Source: a bacterium (GTDB lineage Bacteria; Patescibacteriota; Patescibacteriia; JACPHY01). Taken from it: a stretch of DNA of 64,000 nt. The stretch is taken from NCBI GenBank assembly GCA_030647005.1, contig JAUSKG010000021.1, positions 27,105-91,104 on the forward strand, read 5' to 3'. A program made the translations under genes and the position numbers. Below are positions 48,002 through 57,439 of the stretch, piece after piece (the first letter of the stretch is position 1; the number at the start of each line of letters is the position of its first letter). The notes below the pieces were generated by a model. The model ran no database searches. It saw only the letters and a list, made by a program, of their open reading frames with translations, and was not told where the DNA came from.

Positions 48002-50368
48002 TCACTTTTTTCGCTTCCCTCCCCACTTCCTCCCGGGCCCGCGTGCGCGTTTTTTCGTGAGGAGCTCCATCGCCGCTTCGAGTGTGATGTCCTCGACGGA
48101 GGACTTCTTGGGGATGCTCGCGTGCGTGGTGCCGTCCGTCACGTACGGGCCAAAGCGGCCGTCCTTCACCTGGATTGGAGTATTCGTGGCGGGGTCCTCG
48201 CCGAGGGTGCGCAAGGGTTCTGCTGCTTTGCGCTTGCGCTCCGTGGCCTCTGCGCAGAGCGTGATAGCGCGCTCGAGCGCGATCGTCGTGGGGTCCTCGC
48301 CTTCGGGAATAGTCGCGTTGCGTGTGCCGCAGGAGACGTACGGGCCAAAGCGTCCGAGGTTCGCGGTCACACGTTCGCCGTCGTGCTCGCCGAGGTCGCG
48401 CGGGAAGTTGAGGAGTGCGAGCGCCTGGTCGAGCGTGAGTGTGTCGCGATCCTGTCCCTTGAGGAGCGATGACGACTTCGGCTTCTGTCGCTTCGGCTTG
48501 GCCTTGGACGGCTTGCCGGACTTCAGCGGCTTCGGCGGGATCATCGGCATGTCCTCGAGGCGGCCGAGCTGCACGTACGGCCCGAAGCGACCGAGGCGCA
48601 CGAGGATGGGGAGACCGGTTTCTCCATCTTCGCCGAGTACGCGCTCCTGCGAGACATCGGCTTTCGTGAGTGCTTCCTGCTTCTCTTGGACTTCTCGCGC
48701 GAATGGCTCCCAGAAGCCCTTGAGGAACGCGACCTCTTCCGTTTTTCCTTCGGCGATATCGTCCAAGTCCTCCTCCATCTTCGCGGTGAATTGGAGGTCA
48801 ACGATGTTCCCGAAGTGCTCGGCGAGGAGGTCGTTCACCATGAACGCGACATCCCCCGGGATGAGCTGCTTGCCGTCGCGTTCGATGTACCCGCGCGCCT
48901 GGATCGTGGAGATCGTGGGCGCGTACGTGGACGGGCGACCGATACCCTCCTCCTCGAGCTTCTTCACGAGCGATGCCTCGGTGTAGCGCGGTGGCGGTTT
49001 CGTGAAGTGCTGTTCCGGGGTGAGTCCGTCAAGCTCGCACTGCTCTCCCTCGCGGAGCGGTGGCAGGAACTTCTCACCCTCGACGTCGTCCTGCTCGCGT
49101 GCGGGCTCGTCTTCATCGCGTCCCTCCTGGTACGCGCGGAGGAACCCATCGAAGATGATGGTCTGTCCGGTGGCGCGGAATGTGTACATGATTGCCGATT
49201 TCGCCTCGATGTTGACGCCCACGCGCTTGAGTTTGGCATCGGGCATCTGGCAGGCCATCGTGCGCATCCAGATGAGTTCGTAGAGCGCGCGCTGCTTGTC
49301 ATCGGCAACCGTGAGCGACGATGGCGTGTGCGTGGCGTCGGTGGGTCGGATGGCCTCGTGCGCCTCCTGCGCGCCCTTCGCTTTCGTCGTGAACGTCCGC
49401 GGCGCGGGGAGGACATACGCGGGTCCGAACTGTTCGCCAACCTGCTTTGTGATGGTCGTGATGGCTTCTGCAGCGATGTTGACCGAGTCCGTTCGCATGT
49501 AGGTGATGTGACCGGTCTCGTAGAGCTTCTGCGCGAGTATCATGGTCTGGCGCACGCCGAAGCCGAGTTTTCGTGACGCCTCCTGCTGGAGCGTCGAGGT
49601 CGTGAACGGTGCGGCCGGTTTCCGTGATGCCTCCTTCTCCTCGACGTTCGCGACCGTCCACGTCGCATCGCGACACGCGCGCACGACTGCGTCCGCCTCC
49701 GCCGCGTCCTTCGGCACGAACTTTTCGTCGTCGCGCTGCTTGAGCGATGCGGAGAACGATTGCTGCGCGCTCGCGTGGAGCATCGCGTCCACGCTCCAGT
49801 ATTCCTCCGGCGTGAACGCCTTGATCTCGCGCTCGCGGTCCACGATGATCTTCACCGCGACGGATTGGACGCGGCCAGCGGAGAGTCCGGGGCCCACCTT
49901 GCGCCAGAGGAGCGGGGAGAGTGTGTAGCCGACGAGCCGGTCGAGGATGCGCCGCGCCTGCTGGGCGGACACGAGCTTCATGTCAATCGAGCGGGGGTGC
50001 GCGAGCGCACGCTCGATGGCCGACTTCGTGATCTCGTGGAACACGATGCGCTTCGTGCGCTCCGGCGGGAGTCCGAGCGCCTCGGCGACGTGCCACGCGA
50101 TGGCCTCTCCCTCGCGGTCTTCGTCGGACGCGAGGATGACCTCATCGGCTGCTTTTGCCGCCTTCTTGAGCGTGGCGACGTGCTGCTTGGAGTCCGGTGG
50201 GACTTCGTACGCTGGTGCGAAATCGTGCGCGACGTCCACGCCCATCTTGCTCTTCGGGAGATCGCGGATGTGCCCGAACGATGACTCCACGGTGAAGTCA
50301 CTGCCGAGGAATTTCTTGATCGTGCGCGCCTTCGTGGGGGACTCGACGATGACGAGGGTTTTTGCCAT
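48002..50368 (-). CDS. topA: DNA topoisomerase I
   Basis: LVIVESPTK, DEDREGE, SAGRVQS, ITYMRTDS, GIGRPSTYA; C-terminal GRFGPY repeats. Confidence 0.98.
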   Translation of the reverse strand: MAKTLVIVESPTKARTIKKFLGSDFTVESSFGHIRDLPKSKMGVDVAHDFAPAYEVPPDSKQHVATLKKAAKAADEVILASDEDREGEAIAWHVAEALGLPPERTKRIVFHEITKSAIERALAHPRSIDMKLVSAQQARRILDRLVGYTLSPLLWRKVGPGLSAGRVQSVAVKIIVDREREIKAFTPEEYWSVDAMLHASAQQSFSASLKQRDDEKFVPKDAAEADAVVRACRDATWTVANVEEKEASRKPAAPFTTSTLQQEASRKLGFGVRQTMILAQKLYETGHITYMRTDSVNIAAEAITTITKQVGEQFGPAYVLPAPRTFTTKAKGAQEAHEAIRPTDATHTPSSLTVADDKQRALYELIWMRTMACQMPDAKLKRVGVNIEAKSAIMYTFRATGQTIIFDGFLRAYQEGRDEDEPAREQDDVEGEKFLPPLREGEQCELDGLTPEQHFTKPPPRYTEASLVKKLEEEGIGRPSTYAPTISTIQARGYIERDGKQLIPGDVAFMVNDLLAEHFGNIVDLQFTAKMEEDLDDIAEGKTEEVAFLKGFWEPFAREVQEKQEALTKADVSQERVLGEDGETGLPILVRLGRFGPYVQLGRLEDMPMIPPKPLKSGKPSKAKPKRQKPKSSSLLKGQDRDTLTLDQALALLNFPRDLGEHDGERVTANLGRFGPYVSCGTRNATIPEGEDPTTIALERAITLCAEATERKRKAAEPLRTLGEDPATNTPIQVKDGRFGPYVTDGTTHASIPKKSSVEDITLEAAMELLTKKRARGPGRKWGGKRKK

Positions 50369-50406
50369 GGGGTGTGATCGCGGATGAAGAGATGTGCGGA
50401 TACCGC

Positions 50407-51498
50407 TCATGATCGAACGTAGCGGGAGCCGCCTACATCCCTCACCACACCATCGAGCTCCAGGGTTGTCAAGCAACTCGCGAGTTCGTGCGCGGGGGCG
50501 TTGACCACTGCGTGGAGGTCATCCACGTGGATGGGCTCGTGCGAGAGCGCGTCTACGATGCGGGCCGAGAGGCCGGTGAGGTGTGGCGCGGGTCTCGCTG
50601 CGGGGTGGAAGAGTTGGTCGAGGTGGAGGGCTTCCACGATGTCCTCCGCGCGCGTGATGGGCGTGGCACCGGACTTGAGCATGGCGAGCGGGCCCCGTGA
50701 CTCCTCCGCGGTGATCGGGCCGGGGACCGCGAAGACCTCGCGGCCAAAATCGAGCGCGAATCGCGCGGTGATGAGCGCGCCGGAATCACGCGGACACTCG
50801 ACGACGACCGTCCCCATCGAGAGGCCGGCGACGATGCGGTTGCGCGCGGGGAAGTGCATCTTGAGGCCCGCGGTGCCCGGGACGTACTCGGAGACGAGCA
50901 CTCCACCGGCGTCGAGGATGTCCCGCGCGAGCCCCCGGTGGTGGCGCGGGTAGATCGCGGCGTCATCAATGCCGGTACCGAGCACCGCGAGCGTGCGGCC
51001 ACCAACCTCGAGCGCCGCGCGGTGCGCAGCGCCATCAATCCCGAGCGCGAGGCCCGACGTGATCGTGAGGCCAGATCGCGCGAGCGGTCCAACGAGGAGA
51101 CGGGTTGCCGCGAGGCCGTAGTCCGTCGCGCGCCGCGTTCCGACGAATGCGATCTGCTGCGTGACGAGCGCGTCGGCTGCGCCGCGGACGAAGAGGACGA
51201 GCGGGGGATCGGGGATGGTCTTGAGGAGCGCGGGGTAGCGCGCGTCCGTGCGCGGGATGAGCACGATGCCGCCTGCGAGCATCGTTGCGGCGAGTGCGGG
51301 GACATCGATCGTCGGGCGTGCACCGAGGACGTTCGCAACGGTTTGCGGCATCATGCCGACCGCTTCAAGGTCTGCGCGGCGCGCTCCCCACGCTGCGGTG
51401 GGTGAGCCGCAGCGCTCGACGAGTCGCCAGAGGCGGACGCTCCCGATGATGTCGGTGAGCGCGGCGAGGCCGATCCAGGAAGTGAGCGTCGCGTCCAT
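50407..51498 (-). CDS. dprA: DNA processing protein DprA
   Basis: VGTR, TSGLALGIDGAAH, FPARNRIVAGL, SGALITA. Confidence 0.97.
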   Translation of the reverse strand: MDATLTSWIGLAALTDIIGSVRLWRLVERCGSPTAAWGARRADLEAVGMMPQTVANVLGARPTIDVPALAATMLAGGIVLIPRTDARYPALLKTIPDPPLVLFVRGAADALVTQQIAFVGTRRATDYGLAATRLLVGPLARSGLTITSGLALGIDGAAHRAALEVGGRTLAVLGTGIDDAAIYPRHHRGLARDILDAGGVLVSEYVPGTAGLKMHFPARNRIVAGLSMGTVVVECPRDSGALITARFALDFGREVFAVPGPITAEESRGPLAMLKSGATPITRAEDIVEALHLDQLFHPAARPAPHLTGLSARIVDALSHEPIHVDDLHAVVNAPAHELASCLTTLELDGVVRDVGGSRYVRS

Positions 51499-51539
51499 AG
51501 GGTGTGCAGCGTGCGAGGGGCGTGGTAAGATAGCGAGGT

Positions 51540-51947
51540 ATGAAACGTCAACATGAGTTCCCGTTTATGGGACAGGGCGAGGACGCTGCGGAACAACCGC
51601 CGCTGCACACGGATGCCGATGCGCCACTGGAGGACGAGGATGTCCCTCCACCGGAGTCGCCACGCGAGGTTGCTCGGCGCATGGTCGAGCGGGGCGTGAG
51701 TCGTGCGGCGATCCTCGCGCAAATCCGTGAGATTCGCGGGCTGCTCGAGGGACAGGGGCGCTCGTCGGTTCCCGGCACCGCACCACTCGTGGATACGTTC
51801 GAGCGCGCGCAAGCGGAAGCGCGTGACACAGCCGCCAAACGGGACACATCCGACTGGTCCACATCCCTCGATGAGATCGAGGGTATAGACGATGCGCGCG
51901 GGCAGTCCGATGCGGGCGTGGATGACGGGCGAACGGAAAGCCCTTGA
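51540..51947 (+). CDS. Acidic hypothetical protein
   Basis: ORF divergent from dprA; no family recognised. Confidence 0.5.
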   Translation: MKRQHEFPFMGQGEDAAEQPPLHTDADAPLEDEDVPPPESPREVARRMVERGVSRAAILAQIREIRGLLEGQGRSSVPGTAPLVDTFERAQAEARDTAAKRDTSDWSTSLDEIEGIDDARGQSDAGVDDGRTESP

Positions 51948-52080
51948 CGCGCAGGTCTCCTTTCGGTAATATTTGCCTTATGGTGTGCGAGGCCTCCTCT
52001 TCGTGCACCTCCCTCTGAGGTTCGCGCCTCCAGAGGGAAGCCGCGCCGACCCCTGCCACGCGAAAACGTGGCGGGGGTTC

Positions 52081-52632
52081 TCATTGCGCATGAGCTGCAA
52101 TCGCGGTCACTGCAGCGGCGATGGCCTCGTCAATCGCCGGCCGTTCACTGCGTGCGATTTTTTGCAAGACGAATCGTTCCGCGGGAATTCGATGTCCGTC
52201 GCTCGTGGTGTTCGGTCCGATGCCGATGCGCACGCGGGTGAAGTCCTTGGTCCCGAGGTGGTTAATGGTGGACTGGACGCCCTTCTGTCCACCGCTCCTG
52301 CTGCCGACTCCGACGCGGATGTCGCCAACCGGGAGGTCGAGGTCGTCGTGGACTACGATGAGGTGCGCGCTGCTCACTTCGAGGCGCAGGTGTCGGACGA
52401 GCGCGGAGACGGCCCGACCACTCTCGTTCATGTACGTTGTCGGTTGTGCGAGGACGACGCGCTGCCCGTTCACCTCGCACTCGAGGATGCGCGCGTGGAG
52501 GAGCCGCTTCGTGCGCCACGTCGCTCCCGATCCCCATCGCGCCGCTATCGCATCGAGCACTTCCCACCCGACGTTGTGTCGGGTGTGTTCGTACTCCGTT
52601 CCCGGATTGCCGAGGCCAACGATGAGGATCAT
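52081..52632 (-). CDS. pth: Peptidyl-tRNA hydrolase
   Basis: IVGLGNPG..Y..TRHNVG, PTTYMNESG, VHDDLDL. Confidence 0.97.
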   Translation of the reverse strand: MILIVGLGNPGTEYEHTRHNVGWEVLDAIAARWGSGATWRTKRLLHARILECEVNGQRVVLAQPTTYMNESGRAVSALVRHLRLEVSSAHLIVVHDDLDLPVGDIRVGVGSRSGGQKGVQSTINHLGTKDFTRVRIGIGPNTTSDGHRIPAERFVLQKIARSERPAIDEAIAAAVTAIAAHAQ

Positions 52633-52647
52633 AGCGTGGTGGCGCAG

Positions 52648-53691
52648 TTACGGGCGGCGCGCGAGACGCTCGATGAGGCGGTCGATGACGGTGAACGCTT
52701 TGGTGTTGTCGTGACGGGGGTACCGCGCGAGGGCGTCTGCGTACCCATCCCCATTGTACAGGAATGCCTCGACGCGTTCGCGGTCGAGTGTTTCCCACAT
52801 CTTCCCATATCCGAGCTCCTCGAGGAGGAGCCCGTTTGCGATTTGCTCGAACTGGCCAGCGATCGGGTGGGCGAGGAGGGGTTTCCCAAAGTGGAGCGCC
52901 TCGGTCATGAGTGTGAAGCCGGCGGTTGCGATAACGGCGCGGCACGTCGCGAGGTCGCGGAGGAAGGTGGTGGGGTTCGGTCGCTTGGAGGTGATGTTCG
53001 CCGCACGGCGGCCACGCGGGATGCCGTACACGATGAAGTGCGCGCGCACGCGTTGGAGGACATCGAGGAGCTCGCGATCCGCAGACGTGCTGTACACGAG
53101 TACCGATCGCCCGCGTCGCGGGTGCTGTCGGAGGACGGCATCGCGGAGGAGCGGGGGGACGACGTGCGTGTTTGGCCGCGTTGGCATGAGCGGGGCGAAC
53201 GCTGTGACGACGTACGCATCGCTACCGGCGTTCACGAGCTCCGTGACGGTGCGCGCGGTGCGCGCGGCGAGGGTGTGTCGCGGGGGCACCGCGATGTCGG
53301 TGCGCGTGAGCGCGTGGATGTTGTCAATGGAGAGGAGTGGGCGGTGCTTGAGGCGCGCGATCATGCCGACGATCGGTTCGTAGTCCGAGCAGACGACCTG
53401 CGGGTCAAACGTATCAATAACCCTGCGAACGCGGTCAATGCTCCGCGTGTTCCCCGGTGCGCGGAGCGCGTTCGCGAACGCCGTGCGGATGATCTGCACG
53501 CGGTTTTCTGCGTACGCGATCTCGAGGCCGGTAATCCGCGTCGTCGGGAAGTCGTCGTGGAGGTGCGCGAACGACGCATCATGGGCCACGACGTGCACAT
53601 CGTGGCCCACGGCACGGAGGTGTTCGAGCACTGCACGCGACCGCGTCGCGTGGCCGCTCCCCTGACCGGCAACTCCGTAGAGGATACGCAT
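52648..53691 (-). CDS. GT-B glycosyltransferase (MJ1255/VC2487-like)
   Basis: MRILYGVAGQGSGHATR, VCSDYEP, AGFTLMTEAL, GQFEQIANG. Confidence 0.9.
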   Translation of the reverse strand: MRILYGVAGQGSGHATRSRAVLEHLRAVGHDVHVVAHDASFAHLHDDFPTTRITGLEIAYAENRVQIIRTAFANALRAPGNTRSIDRVRRVIDTFDPQVVCSDYEPIVGMIARLKHRPLLSIDNIHALTRTDIAVPPRHTLAARTARTVTELVNAGSDAYVVTAFAPLMPTRPNTHVVPPLLRDAVLRQHPRRGRSVLVYSTSADRELLDVLQRVRAHFIVYGIPRGRRAANITSKRPNPTTFLRDLATCRAVIATAGFTLMTEALHFGKPLLAHPIAGQFEQIANGLLLEELGYGKMWETLDRERVEAFLYNGDGYADALARYPRHDNTKAFTVIDRLIERLARRP

Positions 53692-53726
53692 AATCTTCGG
53701 CGCTCCCGCGCCAGCTTCAGAGGGAT

Positions 53727-53750
53727 GGAGGCCTGAAGGCCTCCGCTACA
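53727..53750 (-). repeat. GTAG-type REP hairpin
   Basis: Reverse complement TGTAGC-GGAGGCC-TTCA-GGCCTCC. Confidence 0.55.
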
Positions 53751-53762
53751 CCATTGTTCTCT

Positions 53763-55148
53763 TTAGGCCTTCACGGCTTTCACGGTGACGATGAGCGGGG
53801 TTCCGGTGAAGTCCGCGTGCTCGCGGAGCGCGCGCTCGATGATGTTGGGGATCGCGCGGGGGAGCTTGACGTGGCGTCGTGTGCGGAGGAGGAATTGCGG
53901 TGGCGCGATGCCAACCTGATCGAGGTCTATCATGCGGATCTGTCGCTGCCCCTCGCGATCGCGCGGTGCCGGGATGCGGCTTCGCGCCGCAGCGTAGACC
54001 GCACGCAGCTCCTGGTCCGTGAGCGTCCGGCGCCAGTTCTCAAGCGCGTGGAGCGCGGCCGGCATGATGCGGGCCACCGAAGACCCCGCGGTGACCGAGG
54101 TCATGAGGACGGGTGCAAAGGTGAGGTGCGGGAAGAGTGCGTGAATCGCATCCGTGAGGTCGGGGTGCTCCTCGCCCTCGAGGAGGTCCATCTTGTTCAC
54201 GACGATGATGCAGGCGCGGCGGGTCTCCACGATGGTCTGCGCGAGTTGTCGAACATGGCGCGATGCGCTCCGTGTCGCATCGAGAACGAGCACCGCGACG
54301 TCCGCCCGCCGCACCGCGGCCATGCTCTTTCCCACGGATTCTCGCTCGATGCGGTCAATGCGTTTCTGGACGACCTTCTTCGTGCGCGTCGCAGCGCGTC
54401 GGATGCCTGCGGTATCCAGGAGGACGATGCGTCGCGTGCGTGCCGCGCGTTGCCGTCGCGGTGTGTACACGAACGTCACGTCGTGCACGTCGCGCGTCGT
54501 GTACGGTTCCGGTGAGACGACGGCCTCGTCGCGGCCGAGGATCGCGTTCATGAGCGACGACTTCCCGACGTTCGGTTCGCCGACAATGGCGATGCGTATC
54601 GCCGCAGGAGCATCGTCGGGCGGGAGCAGGAGCACCTCGCCGCTCGGCACATCGTGCACGACGACATCGAGGAGGTCGCCGACGCCCGCGCCGCTCTTCG
54701 CAGAGACGGGGATCGGATCGCCAAAGCCGAGCGTGAGGAACTCATGGCACGCGGCGCGGTGCTGCGCGGTCTCCGCTTTGTTGCACACGATGAGGACCGG
54801 CGTCCCGAGTGCGCGGAGGTGCTGCGCAATCGCGCGTTCACCCGGGAGGATGCCGTCGCGGACATCCACGACGAAGAGGAGGAGGTCTGCTTCGCGTACC
54901 GATCGCTCGGCTTGCTTGCGAATCTCTCCCTCGATGACATCTTCGCCATGCACATGACCGGTGAGCGTCTCGACGCCGCCGGTATCAATGAGGCGGAACG
55001 ACACGCCACGCCAGCCAGATTCGCCGATGTTGCGATCGCGCGTCGTGTGCGGCAGGGGAGAGGCGATGGCCTTCCCCTCGCCGAGGATGCGGTTGAAGAG
55101 CGTGGACTTTCCCACGTTCGTGCGGCCGATGATTGCGACGGTGAACAT
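53763..55148 (-). CDS. der: Ribosome biogenesis GTPase Der (EngA)
   Basis: Two G domains: GRTNVGKS/DTGG and GEPNVGKS/DTAGIRR/NKMD. Confidence 0.96.
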   Translation of the reverse strand: MFTVAIIGRTNVGKSTLFNRILGEGKAIASPLPHTTRDRNIGESGWRGVSFRLIDTGGVETLTGHVHGEDVIEGEIRKQAERSVREADLLLFVVDVRDGILPGERAIAQHLRALGTPVLIVCNKAETAQHRAACHEFLTLGFGDPIPVSAKSGAGVGDLLDVVVHDVPSGEVLLLPPDDAPAAIRIAIVGEPNVGKSSLMNAILGRDEAVVSPEPYTTRDVHDVTFVYTPRRQRAARTRRIVLLDTAGIRRAATRTKKVVQKRIDRIERESVGKSMAAVRRADVAVLVLDATRSASRHVRQLAQTIVETRRACIIVVNKMDLLEGEEHPDLTDAIHALFPHLTFAPVLMTSVTAGSSVARIMPAALHALENWRRTLTDQELRAVYAAARSRIPAPRDREGQRQIRMIDLDQVGIAPPQFLLRTRRHVKLPRAIPNIIERALREHADFTGTPLIVTVKAVKA

Positions 55149-55210
55149 AATTTACGATTTACGATTTTTGATTTGCATATCGTACATCGCAAATCATATT
55201 TCGTCCATTA

Positions 55211-56653
55211 TTACGATGCTGGCGTACCTTCCGGGCCGTTCGCCGCGCGGACAGACGTGCCGCCGAGGACGATGAGGATGTCCGAATCAATGGAGAGCGC
55301 GTCGAGCAGGGGGAACGTGGGAGAGGTGACGGCGTGGAACTGCTTCACGAGTTCGGCGATGGCGGTTGCGCGCAGGGCATCGTCGCTCTCGTTCCGGTAG
55401 TAGATGATGGTCTCGTCAATCGTGAGACGCGGGGCGTTGCCGATGTGGACGATCGCGAACTGTCGCTCATCGAGGAGTTTCGCGGTCTCGAGTGCGAGTC
55501 CGGCGACGCTCGTCCCGTTGAGGATCACGACGCGCAATCGCGTTGCAGGTGCGGGAGCGGAGGCATCGAGCGCGTGCGCGACGGTCTCGCGGAGGATGTC
55601 GTACGATCCGCCACGCGGACGGAGGACGTACGCACCGTTCCAGCGACTCGCGAGGAGCTCACCGCTCGCGGGATCGTCGGTGAAAACGATCTGCGTGATC
55701 GTTTCGAGCGGGATTGCGTCGAGGAGCTCCGCCATCCGGACGAGTTCCGGCGGGTCGAGGTTCGTGGCGAGGTGGTACTTCCACGTGTTGAGGAGCGCCT
55801 TCACGGTGCGTGCACGCGCGAGGATGCTGTCGTCCTGCGCGGCCGCGCGCACCGCGCGGAGGAGTTGCTGCTGTCGTCGCCCGCGCGCGAAGTCCGATCC
55901 CTCGCTCCCGCGCGCGCTCCGCGACCGCACGTACTTGAGCGCGAGTGCGCCGTCGAGGTGCTGGAGGCCGGCGGGGATGACGAGGTGCTCGTAGCGTTCC
56001 TCCCACGGCGCGTCCTCGTTCCCCGCGATGGGGTACGAGGGATCATCGAGCGTGTGGAGGACATCAACGTCCACGCCGCCGAGCTCATCCACGAGCCCGA
56101 CGAACCCGCGGAAGTCCACGCGAATGAAGTGCGGCACGTCAATGCCGAGCGCGACGTGCAGCGCATCGCGGAGTGCTTCGGCGCCACGCCGATCGCGGTC
56201 TTCCGCATACGCGTGCACCGCGTTCGCTTTCTCGAACGTTCCATCAGGGAGCGGGAGGAGGAGATCGCGCGGGACCGAGATGAGGACGGGGTGCGAGCCG
56301 TCGCGCTCGACGCTCGCAATGAGGATGGTGTCCGCGAGGAGCGGGCCCTCATGGCCAACGCCGCCCATGCCGATGAGGAGCACGTTGATGCGATCGTCGC
56401 CAGCACCCGCGAGTGCCTGCGTGGGATTCGTGATGAGCGAGCGGAGCGTCCGCACGGTCGCCGAGTCGCGCAGTGCGACGTACGGATTAGGATCGGACGA
56501 GCGGGTGGTCCAGGAAAGGACGAGGAAGCCCACGATGAGCGTAATAGCAACCGCGCGGAAGGTCCGGCGCAGCCGACGTCGCACACCGCCGGGGGGCTGG
56601 CGGTGTGGTGGAATCGCCTCGTCGAGGAAGTTGGGGGACGCGGCCGTCTGCAT
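55211..56653 (-). CDS. LCP (LytR-CpsA-Psr) family protein with LytR C-terminal domain
   Basis: TM helix; NVLLIG, ADTI, SVPRD, YVRSR, SDFARGRRQQ; VVILNGT. Confidence 0.93.
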   Translation of the reverse strand: MQTAASPNFLDEAIPPHRQPPGGVRRRLRRTFRAVAITLIVGFLVLSWTTRSSDPNPYVALRDSATVRTLRSLITNPTQALAGAGDDRINVLLIGMGGVGHEGPLLADTILIASVERDGSHPVLISVPRDLLLPLPDGTFEKANAVHAYAEDRDRRGAEALRDALHVALGIDVPHFIRVDFRGFVGLVDELGGVDVDVLHTLDDPSYPIAGNEDAPWEERYEHLVIPAGLQHLDGALALKYVRSRSARGSEGSDFARGRRQQQLLRAVRAAAQDDSILARARTVKALLNTWKYHLATNLDPPELVRMAELLDAIPLETITQIVFTDDPASGELLASRWNGAYVLRPRGGSYDILRETVAHALDASAPAPATRLRVVILNGTSVAGLALETAKLLDERQFAIVHIGNAPRLTIDETIIYYRNESDDALRATAIAELVKQFHAVTSPTFPLLDALSIDSDILIVLGGTSVRAANGPEGTPAS

Positions 56654-56663
56654 AGGTGAACGC

Positions 56664-56692
56664 TTGACACTACTGTAGCACGATGGTATCTT
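56664..56692 (+). promoter_or_regulatory. sigma70-type promoter upstream of lepB
   Basis: TTGACA-17 nt-TATCTT with extended TGn. Confidence 0.55.
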
Positions 56693-56783
56693 CAGTGCAG
56701 CTGTGGTATCTTAGAGGTGGTCATCGGCGGTGGCCGATGCTTCTTTATACCATAGGGTTTTTGGTGTTCTGGAGTTCTCGCGT

Positions 56784-57401
56784 ATGGGATTTGACGAGTA
56801 TCGTGGCAGTTTCGATCACGATGAGCCGGCGATGCGTCATCGGCTCCGGTCGTTCGGTGCGTACCTCCTCGAGGTGATCCGCGTGGTGGTCATCGCACTC
56901 GCGATCATCATCCCGATTCGGTACTTCCTCGTGCAGCCCTTCTACGTGAAGGGAGCATCCATGGAGCCAAACTTCGAGGATGATGAGTACCTCGTCATTG
57001 ACGAGTTGAGCTACCGCTTCCGCGAGCCCGTCCGGGGCGATATCATTGTCTTCCGTTACCCATTTGACCCCGGGCAGTTCTTCATCAAGCGAGTGATCGG
57101 GCTTCCCGGTGAGCGCGTGGAAATCGGTGGGGGGTCGGTGCGCATTGCGAATACCGAGCACCCGAACGGGTTCCAACTTGTGGAGTCCTACCTCCCGTCG
57201 GATCGCCAGACACCCGGACAGCGCATCGTTGTGCTCGGCGTGGACGAGTACTTCGTCCTCGGCGATAATCGAACGCAGAGCTTCGACTCGAAGGACTTCG
57301 GTCCCATCAAGCGCCATGCGATCATCGGTCGCGCCTGGCTCCGTGGCTGGCCGGTGACGAAGCTCGGCACGTTCGAGCAGCCAGTGTACGTTACGCCCTG
57401 A
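56784..57401 (+). CDS. lepB: Signal peptidase I
   Basis: GASMEPN, RGDIIVF, IKRVIGLPGE, YFVLGDNR..SFDS. Confidence 0.96.
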   Translation: MGFDEYRGSFDHDEPAMRHRLRSFGAYLLEVIRVVVIALAIIIPIRYFLVQPFYVKGASMEPNFEDDEYLVIDELSYRFREPVRGDIIVFRYPFDPGQFFIKRVIGLPGERVEIGGGSVRIANTEHPNGFQLVESYLPSDRQTPGQRIVVLGVDEYFVLGDNRTQSFDSKDFGPIKRHAIIGRAWLRGWPVTKLGTFEQPVYVTP

Positions 57402-57439
57402 AGCGAGGAATCACGCGAGGTATAAAATAGTTTCGCACT

